Below the pieces are notes generated by a model that was not told the origin of the DNA, searched no databases, and worked only from the letters and a program-made list of their open reading frames with translations. Shown here piece by piece: positions 39,052 through 49,011 of a DNA stretch of 64,000 bases (position 1 is the stretch's first letter; each line of letters begins with the position of its first letter). The stretch is from a virus (lineage: Duplodnaviria; Caudoviricetes), in the IMG/VR virus record IMGVR_UViG_3300029288_000106, positions 32,001 to 96,000 of that record; one strand, given 5' to 3'. The position numbers and the translations under genes were made by a program.

Positions 39052-39707
39052 TTTAATACCTTATTTATATCTTGATATTCAATTATATTATTCAACCGAC
39101 TTTTATCTGACAATGAAATCACTTGAATATCTGTTTCTTGTTTTAGCTGCTGGAGACCTGAAACAAAATATTGATAATATATTTCAAGTAATCCACTAAA
39201 TTTATCTATCCTTGTTGTGTAACATCTATGGTAATGAGTACGGTTATTATCTGACATGCACATATCATAACCAAGAAGATAAATTGTTTTATATCCAAGC
39301 AATATAGCTAGTTGAAGAGCACAATATCCACTGTTTAAACCCGTTCGAAAATCTTTGAAAGTATAACCAAAACCATCAACTTTTCTACTCTTGATTATCA
39401 TATCAAAATTAGAAAGGTCATAAATTAATTGATGTTTAGTATCTATTATTCTTCCATCTTGCTCTTCCATAAAGTTAAAATACATAGCTGCTACAAATAT
39501 CTTAGCAGTATTGATTGGTTTGATATTTATATTTTTCCTGGAGAAAAGGAAATCAGTAGTAATAAAATAATCAGGATTAGGTACATCTACAATTGCTTTA
39601 TTTACTACAATTGTCCATCGATCTTGAAGCAAGGAGAAGTTAAAATTGCTTAACGATGGTCCTCCACCAACGAGAAAAACCGAATTCTCTAATTTTTGCT
39701 CTTTCAT
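39048..39707 (-). CDS. DUF115/Maf-like glycosyltransferase, paralog 1
   Basis: VGGGPSL, NSGYCALQLA, IYLLGYD; ATG 39707 preferred. Confidence 0.7.
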   Translation of the reverse strand: MKEQKLENSVFLVGGGPSLSNFNFSLLQDRWTIVVNKAIVDVPNPDYFITTDFLFSRKNINIKPINTAKIFVAAMYFNFMEEQDGRIIDTKHQLIYDLSNFDMIIKSRKVDGFGYTFKDFRTGLNSGYCALQLAILLGYKTIYLLGYDMCMSDNNRTHYHRCYTTRIDKFSGLLEIYYQYFVSGLQQLKQETDIQVISLSDKSRLNNIIEYQDINKVLK

Positions 39708-39729
39708 TCTCTTTTTAGTATATACTTTG

Positions 39730-39774
39730 GTATTAACCAGTAGAAGATCTCTTAGGAGCACGCGTGCTCCTAGG
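39730..39774 (+). repeat. Dispersed palindromic element, copy 4 (perfect 20-bp palindrome 39753-39772)
   Basis: GTATTAACCAGTAGAAGATCTCTTAGGAGCACGCGTGCTCCTAGG. Confidence 0.9.
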
Positions 39775-40462
39775 TTCTTAATACCTGGTCTAGAGTACTA
39801 AATCTAAAACACTTAAGATTACTGTTAAGATTTAAATTTAACACAAATTTTCCATTTTCCCTTAACGTGGGAGCAATAATATCAAAACTATTTCTAAAAC
39901 TATCAAGTTTTCTCTGAAATTGAATTCTATCGTGGCCATATCCTTCATGCCAATGAGATCTACTATCTGATTTGAAAGGATTACCTTCTACTCGCATATC
40001 ATAGCCAAGAAGATAAATTGGATTGCAGCCAAGTGCTACAGCTAACATCAAAGCACCATATCCTGAATTACTAGCTGTATAAATACCTTCTTCAACAGAA
40101 TTACTTAATCCCTCAACCCCTTTTCTTCGAATCACTTTAACTCCATCTAATTTTACATTTGCTCCCGGATCAACTGTTATCTGAATTCCATTAAACTCTT
40201 TCCAAGCTTTATTCATTTTCTCCCAACTATTATTTTTACTGGTTGAAAGAATACAATTATTGTAGAATTTAATATCCATAAAGAAATTAATATCTACAGA
40301 ATATCTTGAAAATGCTTTGTTTGTACCAATTGTGTTCTCATTTTGAATTAAAGAAAAATCTAAGTTTAATAAACTTGGACCTCCTCCTAAGATAAAACAT
40401 CTTCTACCTTTCCATTTATTTAAGTCAAAATCAGTTGATTTTAAGTAATTAAACTTACTCAT
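39770..40462 (-). CDS. DUF115/Maf-like glycosyltransferase, paralog 2
   Basis: LGGGPSL, NSGYGALMLA, IYLLGYD. Confidence 0.7.
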   Translation of the reverse strand: MSKFNYLKSTDFDLNKWKGRRCFILGGGPSLLNLDFSLIQNENTIGTNKAFSRYSVDINFFMDIKFYNNCILSTSKNNSWEKMNKAWKEFNGIQITVDPGANVKLDGVKVIRRKGVEGLSNSVEEGIYTASNSGYGALMLAVALGCNPIYLLGYDMRVEGNPFKSDSRSHWHEGYGHDRIQFQRKLDSFRNSFDIIAPTLRENGKFVLNLNLNSNLKCFRFSTLDQVLRT

Positions 40463-41718
40463 TATGATGGAATAGTCCTTAATCTAACAATAATAATTCT
40501 TCGCCAGGTACACCATAATGAGCCATTATTCTTACAATACTGTAACTTGTAGGTATGATTCCCTACTGACGGAGTAACATAACTCATAACAGGAGGTGTG
40601 CCGTGAGCATAATAACCTGATCCCATGCCAGATTCATCAAGAACAGTTGAATCTTCTAATAACCTACATTTCCATCTCGCACCACTATGATCTGCCCACA
40701 AATCTCCTACTGAAGCATGTATAGCTGAAGCCATAGAACCTAGTATTAGCAATGATTCACCAGATACAACTGTTATTGTTTTTGTTACACCAGACAAATC
40801 AGTCCATACTTCATCTGCAGCATTAAGATTAATTGCTGACGAAAGCACAACGTTTTCTACAGAATGAATCATTTTTCCGGCGAAAGAAGCTAATAAAGCT
40901 AATTGTCCAGCTGTATTAAAACCAATAGTTGTCCGATCAGGAGTAAGAGCAGCAGATAAAAATGGACGTGTATCTTTAATCATTGCTTGAGTTATCTCTG
41001 AAGTTCCAGAAGGAATAGCTATCTCTGCAATAACTTGTTTTCCAGCATACGCTGGAACACTAGTATTTCCTGCTGTATCAACTATAGCAATTGTTCCTGT
41101 AGGAGTTATATAAACAAGTCCATAAGCTGTACCAGAAGTAGGAACACTGAATGCCGATGGAGTTTGATCTGTAGCTATATATACATAACCAGAATTTGTT
41201 ATCCACCACCCTGCTTTTACTCGAACTTTCAATTTATCAACCATGAAAGAATCTGGAGCTATAACTTTTAGAAATGATTCTTGTGTATTAGGTTCGCTTC
41301 TATACAAAACAGAAGCACTACCATAACTAAATCCCCAAGTAGTAGTCCAAGTTACCTTTCCAACAATCAGATCTGTAGCAAGAATATTAGCTGAGCTCTT
41401 TAATGATACTTCAAGATAATCATCAGCAGCCACTCCTGTATAAGTCCAACTCAACACTACATATTTACCACTATCTCCGGCTACAACAGATATTGAAATA
41501 ATATCTGCGGTTTCAACTCGTACTTGATAGCCATTCGAATCAGCTATTTCACAAACAAATTGAGATAGCTGTATTGTGGAAGCATTAATATGTTTAAGAT
41601 AACCACCTCTATATATACCTACGGGCCAAACCTCATGCTGTCGTTCATTGAGATTTCTAGAAGCAGCTTCTGTGTAATACAAAAGTGTTACGGTTTGTGA
41701 TCCTGTATTTGCGCCCAT
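40462..41718 (-). CDS. Tail fibre / baseplate-associated structural protein
   Basis: Beta-rich, S/T/G-rich; position after baseplate wedge. Confidence 0.55.
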   Translation of the reverse strand: MGANTGSQTVTLLYYTEAASRNLNERQHEVWPVGIYRGGYLKHINASTIQLSQFVCEIADSNGYQVRVETADIISISVVAGDSGKYVVLSWTYTGVAADDYLEVSLKSSANILATDLIVGKVTWTTTWGFSYGSASVLYRSEPNTQESFLKVIAPDSFMVDKLKVRVKAGWWITNSGYVYIATDQTPSAFSVPTSGTAYGLVYITPTGTIAIVDTAGNTSVPAYAGKQVIAEIAIPSGTSEITQAMIKDTRPFLSAALTPDRTTIGFNTAGQLALLASFAGKMIHSVENVVLSSAINLNAADEVWTDLSGVTKTITVVSGESLLILGSMASAIHASVGDLWADHSGARWKCRLLEDSTVLDESGMGSGYYAHGTPPVMSYVTPSVGNHTYKLQYCKNNGSLWCTWRRIIIVRLRTIPS

Positions 41719-41730
41719 AATTCAAATCCT

Positions 41731-42786
41731 TTATACTAAAGATTTCTTATACAACCTAACTTTAACAACCATTTCAGTACTTGAATCAAGATCTATTGAA
41801 GGAAATTCAGATAGTATTTCAAGAACATCTGGAGTTCCTGGTGTGTATAAACCTAATTCATTTAAACCTAATCCAGCTAAAGCTTTTGGTATTGTAAATT
41901 CAAATTGATAATATTCTCCTTCATCAGTTATTTTAGAAGGATCAATTGATCCTGTGAGTATAGGATTGATAATATCTGTAAAACCACTACCACCAGGTAA
42001 AATATGAGTGGTATTACCATCTCCTAATACCCATTTGGTTATTCCTTCTATATAACCTGAAATTGATGTATCAAAATACTTTCCTTCGTCAAAATACCAA
42101 TTCAAACCTGATCCTTCAGCTTCTCCATCAAGATGAAGTGTCCCTTCCGGAAAAGTTCCTACAAATTTTGTATTTATCTCCCCTTCTACTTGATATACAT
42201 TCGCTGGAATATCACACCAAGGATTAATAAAAAGAATGTAGTGTGGAACAGTATGAACAGGTCGAGTTTTTTCCACATATAGTCTTAAATTATTAGCATA
42301 ACTTGCATTCCAAAGATGTCTATATGCTATTGTAGCTGTGGCTTCATATACATGATTTAAATTAATCCAAGCACCAAAGTGAGGACTTTTATAATAAGAA
42401 CTATCTAATCCTAAAGGATTATCTCCTCTTGATTTTCCTGAAAACCATGGAACATTTATAAATGCTATATAATCATTAGTATACATATCATAAAATGTTA
42501 TATTCAGATTTAACATCAGCCCTATAATTTGTAGTGAGCGATATGTTCCTTTTGCTTTATACCAATCAATTGTTTGAACAACTGATGATCGTAATTGAGA
42601 AACTTGAATTTCATCAGTAGAATCGTAATCACTACTGACAGGAAAACCAAGTAATTTAGAAAGATGAGGAAGATAAGCAGCAGGGCACTTTGCTGGATCA
42701 AAGAAATTAGCAATACCATCAATCTTGTCAATCCATTCTCTTATTAATATACTTACAACGTCATTAAAATCAGATAATAGACTCAT
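41731..42786 (-). CDS. Baseplate wedge protein (P2 gpI-like)
   Basis: FDPAKCPAAYLPHLSKLLG, WYKAKGT, TRPVHT. Confidence 0.75.
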   Translation of the reverse strand: MSLLSDFNDVVSILIREWIDKIDGIANFFDPAKCPAAYLPHLSKLLGFPVSSDYDSTDEIQVSQLRSSVVQTIDWYKAKGTYRSLQIIGLMLNLNITFYDMYTNDYIAFINVPWFSGKSRGDNPLGLDSSYYKSPHFGAWINLNHVYEATATIAYRHLWNASYANNLRLYVEKTRPVHTVPHYILFINPWCDIPANVYQVEGEINTKFVGTFPEGTLHLDGEAEGSGLNWYFDEGKYFDTSISGYIEGITKWVLGDGNTTHILPGGSGFTDIINPILTGSIDPSKITDEGEYYQFEFTIPKALAGLGLNELGLYTPGTPDVLEILSEFPSIDLDSSTEMVVKVRLYKKSLV

Positions 42787-42792
42787 AGTCAA

Positions 42793-45700
42793 TTACTCAA
42801 AAAATCTAGGTAAATAATTAGTAAGACTAATAGGTTTTCCTGCAACAGTTACATATATTGTATCAAAACTAAAACTATAATTATTAATAACTTGAAGAGA
42901 AAGCTTGTGTCGGCCAGGGCTTAATTCAATTATAGGTGTAGCACCTAATGCAATTATTTGTCCATTTTCATACCATATATAATCAGTTATTATACCAACT
43001 GGTGAAGAAGAAGCTTCAGCATTTAATTGTATTGAAGTTCTATCAGAATAAGCAATTTCAATGTCTTCTCCGGCATTTGCAATTGGTTGAGTTTCAGCTG
43101 TATTAGAAGCTACCTCTGAATAATCTGAATATACACCTATATCTGATTGATATTCAGAATTATTATAAGCTCTTATCTTATAGTAGTAAATAATATCTGC
43201 TATTATATCTGTATCATCGTAAGTAGTTTCATTGGTTGTATTGATAAGGGTATATATATCTTGATCAGTTGATCTGTATATTTCATAACCATCTGCACTT
43301 TCTGATGCTATCCAAACTAATTCATTTTTTAAAGGAGAAGTAGCAGGATAGACAATAAGATTAGAAGGTGTGGTAGGACTAGAAGGAAGAGTGTAGAAAT
43401 AAAATACCTCAGACCAATCTGTTTCAATTAATGATAAACTATCTCTTGCTTTAATTCTAAATCCATATAAAGTATCAGAATCAAGACCAGAAAAATTATA
43501 AAATTTATTAGTTATCCAGCTACTAGCTTCAACATCAGAATCTATACATTCAAAATAATATTCTGGGGTATTAACAGATTCTGCTGTTGTTGCTGATATA
43601 GTAATACTACTTGAAGTTATGATAGAATCTTCTTCAGCTGTCATTGGATCAGGACTTGGAGGTAAAGCTTGAGTAACTGTATTTGAATAATCGGAGTAAG
43701 AAGTTAAGCTAGAAGAAGCACTCAAAGTGATTGTTTTAATTTTATAACTATATGTTCCACCAGGTAAAACAGTGGTATCATCATAATTATCTACTTCTCC
43801 TACTGTATCAAGCAAGGTAAACTCAGCATCATTAGCTTCTTTTCTATAAATTTGATATCCAGTTGCTTCTGCTATTTCTGTCCAAGTTAGTACTGTATGA
43901 CTATTATCGTATTCATCTACAGCCAAATCTGATACTACATCAGGCACAGCGGGGTAAGTATAAGCATAGGCATAAGAAGACTGCGCAGTTTCTTCTAAAG
44001 TAACTGAATTTCTAGCTTTTACCTTAAATCCATATTGAGTATCTGAATCAAGACCAGAAGGCTGATATTCTCTAGAAGCTTGCCAAGCAGAATCAAAGCT
44101 ATCATCGTCGCAGTCAAATTGATATTCAACACTATCTGGCGCAGTTGCTAATGAAGCCGTCATAGTTATTTCATCACTGTCAACAGCAGTAGGGGCAGAG
44201 GAAAAAGTCATTGGATCTGGACTGGGTATTGTAGTAGTAGCAGCAGAAACCTCGTCGCAGTAATCAGAATATGAAGTTAATCCAGAAGGAGCATACGTAG
44301 TTAATGCTTTCAACTTATAATAGTAAGTAACACCTGGAGTTAATCCACTATTCTCATAAGCAGCAACATCCCCAACTGTATCAAATAAACTATATGCTCC
44401 TGCTCCTACTTTTCTATAAATTTGGTAGCCAGTAGCTCCAGATGATTTAGTCCATGACAGATCTATTCTTACATTACTAATAACACTAGGAGTTAAATCA
44501 GTTGGTGCATCAGGAGTAGTAGGATAAGTATAAGCAGCAGCACCAGAAGAAGCTGTTCCTTCTATTTGTGATACTGCTGTTCTTGTTTTAACTGTAAATG
44601 TATATTGAGTACTTGGAGATAACGTATTAGGAGTATAGGTAGGATTTGCCTGCCACGAACTACTTTTACTTCCATCAGTAGTACAAGTAAATAGATATTC
44701 TACAGATTCAAGTGGATGTGACGCTGTCGTAGCAGTCATCGTTACAGAAGTACTACTAACTGGAGCAGGAGCAGAAGAAAACGTAGCAGGATTTGGTGTT
44801 GGTGCAGCTGTTGTGGTAGCACTAGCGAAAGGCGTTGAATAATCTGAATAAGAAGTTAAACCAGATGATGCTCCAGTTTTCTTTGATCTTATTATATAGT
44901 AATATGTAGTGTTAGACGATAATCCTGTATTATTATAAGATGCAACATCGCCCAGAGAAATTAATAAACCCCAAGACCCACCTGAGCCTGTTTTACGATA
45001 GATATCATAACCAGTAGCGCCAGAAGCTTTTGTCCAAGATAAATCTATTTGAGAAGAGCTAACTCTAGTAGCAGTAACACTCGTCGGTGCTGCTGGAACG
45101 GATGGATAAGTATATGCATATGCGTATGATGATTGTGCAGTTTCTAATAAAGTACTTGAATCTCTAGCTTTTACTCTGAAACCATATTGAGTATTAGCTG
45201 TCAATCCAGAAGGAGTATAGATAGGATTTGCTTGCCAAGAAGAATCAAAACTATCATCGTCACAATCAAATTGATATTCAGCTGACCCTGTATCTGGAGT
45301 AGCTGTAGTAGCAGTCATGGTAATTTCATCACTATCAACTGCAGTAGGAGCAGAAGAAAAAGTCATTGGATCAGGAGTAGGAGGAGTAGCTGCTGGTTTA
45401 ATAACAAGAGTATATCCCAGATTCTCTTCAACAGCTGTTAAAGCAAACGTCGCATATCCTGTTCTTCCTGCAAGAGGCATTGCTATATAAGCAGCTCCAC
45501 CAGAAACAGTATCACCAGATGATCCACTTTCATCAATAATAATACCAGTATGACTCATTGGCAAGCCTGCACCAGTGCCGGGATAAATATACACATCATC
45601 ATCATCAGCAGCAAATAAACGTAAAACTATACAATTATCAACAGGAGTTAAAACACTCGGTAAAGCTACTATGGAATCAACGGTAGTGGTATATCTAGCA

Positions 45701-46041
45701 TAACCATAAAACGTACTGTTTGACAATCGTATAATAAAACCAAACGCATCTGATGCCTCACCACCCCAGACAAAAGTGCTTGATCCTTCACTGGCTGATG
45801 CATATTTATAAAGCAAGTCACAAGTAACTCCAGCAGAATCTGGAGCTGGGCTTGGATTGTATTTGTGATCTGTATGAGTAAATCCACTACAAGTTGCGGC
45901 ATAGGTAGTAGATTTATTTCTAACAATGAAAGCAATTAAAAGATCCCCTTCTTCAGTACCATATGGTACAGGTATAGTTAAATTATTATCAGCAGTACTT
46001 TGCTTTGAATAACTAAAACTTTCATAAGCTGGAGTTATCAT
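42793..46041 (-). CDS. Virion surface protein with multiple FN3 modules and a C-terminal PKD-like domain
   Basis: Repeated LSW..A.GY.IYRK..Y.Y.IK; PIANAG..L.A..SS; internally duplicated modules. Confidence 0.85.
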   Translation of the reverse strand: MITPAYESFSYSKQSTADNNLTIPVPYGTEEGDLLIAFIVRNKSTTYAATCSGFTHTDHKYNPSPAPDSAGVTCDLLYKYASASEGSSTFVWGGEASDAFGFIIRLSNSTFYGYARYTTTVDSIVALPSVLTPVDNCIVLRLFAADDDDVYIYPGTGAGLPMSHTGIIIDESGSSGDTVSGGAAYIAMPLAGRTGYATFALTAVEENLGYTLVIKPAATPPTPDPMTFSSAPTAVDSDEITMTATTATPDTGSAEYQFDCDDDSFDSSWQANPIYTPSGLTANTQYGFRVKARDSSTLLETAQSSYAYAYTYPSVPAAPTSVTATRVSSSQIDLSWTKASGATGYDIYRKTGSGGSWGLLISLGDVASYNNTGLSSNTTYYYIIRSKKTGASSGLTSYSDYSTPFASATTTAAPTPNPATFSSAPAPVSSTSVTMTATTASHPLESVEYLFTCTTDGSKSSSWQANPTYTPNTLSPSTQYTFTVKTRTAVSQIEGTASSGAAAYTYPTTPDAPTDLTPSVISNVRIDLSWTKSSGATGYQIYRKVGAGAYSLFDTVGDVAAYENSGLTPGVTYYYKLKALTTYAPSGLTSYSDYCDEVSAATTTIPSPDPMTFSSAPTAVDSDEITMTASLATAPDSVEYQFDCDDDSFDSAWQASREYQPSGLDSDTQYGFKVKARNSVTLEETAQSSYAYAYTYPAVPDVVSDLAVDEYDNSHTVLTWTEIAEATGYQIYRKEANDAEFTLLDTVGEVDNYDDTTVLPGGTYSYKIKTITLSASSSLTSYSDYSNTVTQALPPSPDPMTAEEDSIITSSSITISATTAESVNTPEYYFECIDSDVEASSWITNKFYNFSGLDSDTLYGFRIKARDSLSLIETDWSEVFYFYTLPSSPTTPSNLIVYPATSPLKNELVWIASESADGYEIYRSTDQDIYTLINTTNETTYDDTDIIADIIYYYKIRAYNNSEYQSDIGVYSDYSEVASNTAETQPIANAGEDIEIAYSDRTSIQLNAEASSSPVGIITDYIWYENGQIIALGATPIIELSPGRHKLSLQVINNYSFSFDTIYVTVAGKPISLTNYLPRFFE

Positions 46042-46044
46042 GTA

Positions 46045-47772
46045 TTAACTTTCTCTAACAACTGATATAAAATCAGTATCATACAATTTACATATTTCAT
46101 TGAAGTCTGTTACAATATTTCTATCTTCGTCTTGCTGATATCTAGCTGAAACAATATAATCACTAACCCCCTCAGCTATATCTATAGCAATTAAACCTGT
46201 TGTATAATTAACTGTTCCTGTTACAGTATAATCAGATTCTAAAACAGTTGTAAAAGATCCAGTACCATTTCCATTATCTGTATCAACAGAAACTTGAGTA
46301 TCATCAACAAAAATTCTAACAGATCCTGGAACTATATTTGTTGCTTCAAGTGTAGCTCCAAAATCAGTATCTGAATCATATAATGAGGTAAGCTGTTTGT
46401 AAATTTCAAAATACATATTTAGATATGATACTGAAGCAAGAGCATCAAGAGCTTGAAGCACATTACTATATTTAATCATTGTTCCGAGTTTAGTGGTATC
46501 CCCAAGTAAAAATTGATTTGCTAACTCTGTTTCAACAGCAGATTGTCCCTCTGCTAATGAATAACCACTTGTAACTATTAATTCAATAACAGGAATTATA
46601 TTTAATATAGTTGCTGCAATAAATTCATATTTTACAGTAAGCATTGATTGATTGCGTATATAAATAGAAACAAGTTCTTCAAAATTATCATCTGGTAATT
46701 GCCACTCTTGTAAAACTAATGAAATGTAAACTTTATTTAGTGATTCATAATCTGCATCTTCTCCAGCTGCTTCAGCTTCTTCTAGTTCGCCCCAAACATT
46801 CGAATCTGCAACTCCTGGATAATTATCAAGTATTGCCATAAAATCGTCTTTAGTTACAGCTCTATCTCCTGTAGCAAATACTCTTGGTGCCTCATAAGCT
46901 ATTTCTTCAGCTGTTTCTGCATCATCACCACCTAAAAATAAACCAGGATTAGTTACAGTAATATTTGAAACAGCTTCATTGTCTTCATTATAGATTGTAT
47001 TATTTAATATTGTTACATTATCTGTATTATATACATTTCCATCTATACCATCAGTCTTTATGTATTTAACAATTATTGTTTCACCGGAAGTTGGTATTGC
47101 TCCTTTAATTCCATTTCCAAACCTAATTGTAATTGTATCATCAGTGTTTTGTGTTACAGTATAATGTTTTGAAGAAGATATACTTTCAATAAATGAAGTT
47201 ACAGGTGTCCATTCTTCGTTATCAATAAGTATACGTAAACTCGGATTATTTGTATCTGCTGAATTTTCTACATCTATATCAGATATATTAAATTCTTGAT
47301 CAGTTGTTCCATCCGAAACAAAATTTACTTCAGTTAATTCTCCTTGAATTGAAAGTACGTCAACAAATGTATTACCCGGATTAATAGCACTTTCCTCATT
47401 TGTAGTATATTTTCGTCCATTTGCTGTTTGGCATTCAGTGTATTTAGGAATGTATACAATTTTTGAACTTGCAGCAGAAATTGTAAATCGAATATACCCA
47501 ATTGCAGATGTCTGTCTTTTTGGTAAATAATTTATTAATTTCACGAGATTTACAATACTTGATTTTAGTTTAGCTGTGTGAATCGTAGACTCTTCTGCTC
47601 TGCGATTTATCATGTAATTTACTAAATTTTCTATATAGCAAAAAGCTTCAATTAATTGTTGTCCTGTACCAGATCTATATGTGTCTTTCCAAGATGCTTT
47701 TGCTTTTACTAGATTTTGTAGTTGAATAACTAAAGCATCAAAATCGTAATTTGTATAATCTAAATTAGGCAT
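46045..47772 (-). CDS. Baseplate wedge subunit (T4 gp6 / gpJ-like)
   Basis: DYTNYDFD, FGNG, GGDDAET, RAVTKDDF. Confidence 0.88.
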   Translation of the reverse strand: MPNLDYTNYDFDALVIQLQNLVKAKASWKDTYRSGTGQQLIEAFCYIENLVNYMINRRAEESTIHTAKLKSSIVNLVKLINYLPKRQTSAIGYIRFTISAASSKIVYIPKYTECQTANGRKYTTNEESAINPGNTFVDVLSIQGELTEVNFVSDGTTDQEFNISDIDVENSADTNNPSLRILIDNEEWTPVTSFIESISSSKHYTVTQNTDDTITIRFGNGIKGAIPTSGETIIVKYIKTDGIDGNVYNTDNVTILNNTIYNEDNEAVSNITVTNPGLFLGGDDAETAEEIAYEAPRVFATGDRAVTKDDFMAILDNYPGVADSNVWGELEEAEAAGEDADYESLNKVYISLVLQEWQLPDDNFEELVSIYIRNQSMLTVKYEFIAATILNIIPVIELIVTSGYSLAEGQSAVETELANQFLLGDTTKLGTMIKYSNVLQALDALASVSYLNMYFEIYKQLTSLYDSDTDFGATLEATNIVPGSVRIFVDDTQVSVDTDNGNGTGSFTTVLESDYTVTGTVNYTTGLIAIDIAEGVSDYIVSARYQQDEDRNIVTDFNEICKLYDTDFISVVRES

Positions 47773-47782
47773 CGTTCAATTC

Positions 47783-48181
47783 CTATACTGCACTAATATT
47801 ACTTCCGGTTAAAGAAACAGTACGCTCAAATATTTCATCATAACTCTGAATACTAAAATTCAATTTTATATCTACAGTATTTCTATCTGGATAAGCAAAA
47901 AATGCTATTTTATTAATATTCACTCTATCATCATATAAAGTAATTGCAGTTCTAATTTCATCAGCAATCTTATCAAAAATAACACTTTGAATATTCTCAA
48001 ACAGTAAACTTGATAATCTACACCCAAAACTCCTAAACATTACCCGCTCTCCAGGAGTTGTACGAAGAATATTTATAACAGAAGATATAACTGCATCTGC
48101 ATTTATTACTTTTTTTATGCCTCCTTGAGCATCTAAAATCAAATCGTGATGAAGCTCTGACCATATTTCAGGTATAGCCAT
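47783..48181 (-). CDS. gp25/GPW baseplate protein
   Basis: NILRTTPGERV..FGC. Confidence 0.88.
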   Translation of the reverse strand: MAIPEIWSELHHDLILDAQGGIKKVINADAVISSVINILRTTPGERVMFRSFGCRLSSLLFENIQSVIFDKIADEIRTAITLYDDRVNINKIAFFAYPDRNTVDIKLNFSIQSYDEIFERTVSLTGSNISAV

Positions 48182-48184
48182 ATA

Positions 48185-48457
48185 TTACTCCACGTATTCT
48201 TTTCTATCAGGAGGTGTAATCTTTGCACCACATCCAGCTGTAGCATCTTCAGTTAATATTAACTTATTATTATGATAACTCTTAGTTGTAACAGCTGTAA
48301 TTGGTGTTACACCATGTCCTATAATAGGACAATCATGCAAAGCATTTTCAACAGCTATTTCATCCCCAGCGGAAGTTCTACTACCATCTTGATTGGAAGT
48401 AATTATCGTTCCACCATGATCTGAACTATCACCAACACAAGCTATTTTCTTTCCCAT
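48185..48457 (-). CDS. PAAR-like spike tip protein
   Basis: GDSSDHGG, HDCP..GHG, GCGA. Confidence 0.88.
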   Translation of the reverse strand: MGKKIACVGDSSDHGGTIITSNQDGSRTSAGDEIAVENALHDCPIIGHGVTPITAVTTKSYHNNKLILTEDATAGCGAKITPPDRKEYVE

Positions 48458-48465
48458 ATATCCTC

Positions 48466-49011
48466 TTATGGATTTGTACTTACAGTAGCACCTTTTATCG
48501 TTATGTCTCCAGAAGCTTCAATATTAGCATTACCAGAAGTAACTAAATTTACATCTCCTGTAATTGTAATATTTAGCTGGCCTGGACTATTTATAGCTAT
48601 ATTTCCATTCGAATCATCAATAGATATTTCAACACCATTCTTAGTTCTCAATACCTTTTTAGCAGGATAGTTACTTAGCCTAGAATCTGGTAGTCCTTTA
48701 GTTGCAGTTGGTGCCTCAGCAAATACAATAGGCTGATTTATATCTCCGGCCTCAAAGAAAACAAAAACAAAGGTATTAATTTCTGGTACAGAAAATGCAC
48801 CATATCCAACTCCAGATCCTACAAAAAGATTAGGAGCCAAAACAGCCCAAGGAAGATCTTCTGTTTCTATTCCATCAATAGGCATCTGAGAAGCTCTGGC
48901 TGTTTCTCTACTAATCAGCATAGGATAAATTTCTACCTTCACTCGACCTAGATATAAAGGATCGTTATTATCTAAAACTTTCCCCCTATAAAAGTATTTG
49001 TACTTTATCAT
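48466..49011 (-). CDS. Baseplate spike (gp5 N-terminal OB-fold / gpV)
   Basis: DP..LGRVKV, LPWA, FFEAGD; beta-helix C-terminus. Confidence 0.88.
   Translation of the reverse strand: MIKYKYFYRGKVLDNNDPLYLGRVKVEIYPMLISRETARASQMPIDGIETEDLPWAVLAPNLFVGSGVGYGAFSVPEINTFVFVFFEAGDINQPIVFAEAPTATKGLPDSRLSNYPAKKVLRTKNGVEISIDDSNGNIAINSPGQLNITITGDVNLVTSGNANIEASGDITIKGATVSTNP

Noticed and set aside
39708-39761. Track starts inside the palindrome (39761; likewise 58087)
   Set aside because: GTG within the repeat element; downstream ATGs fit better
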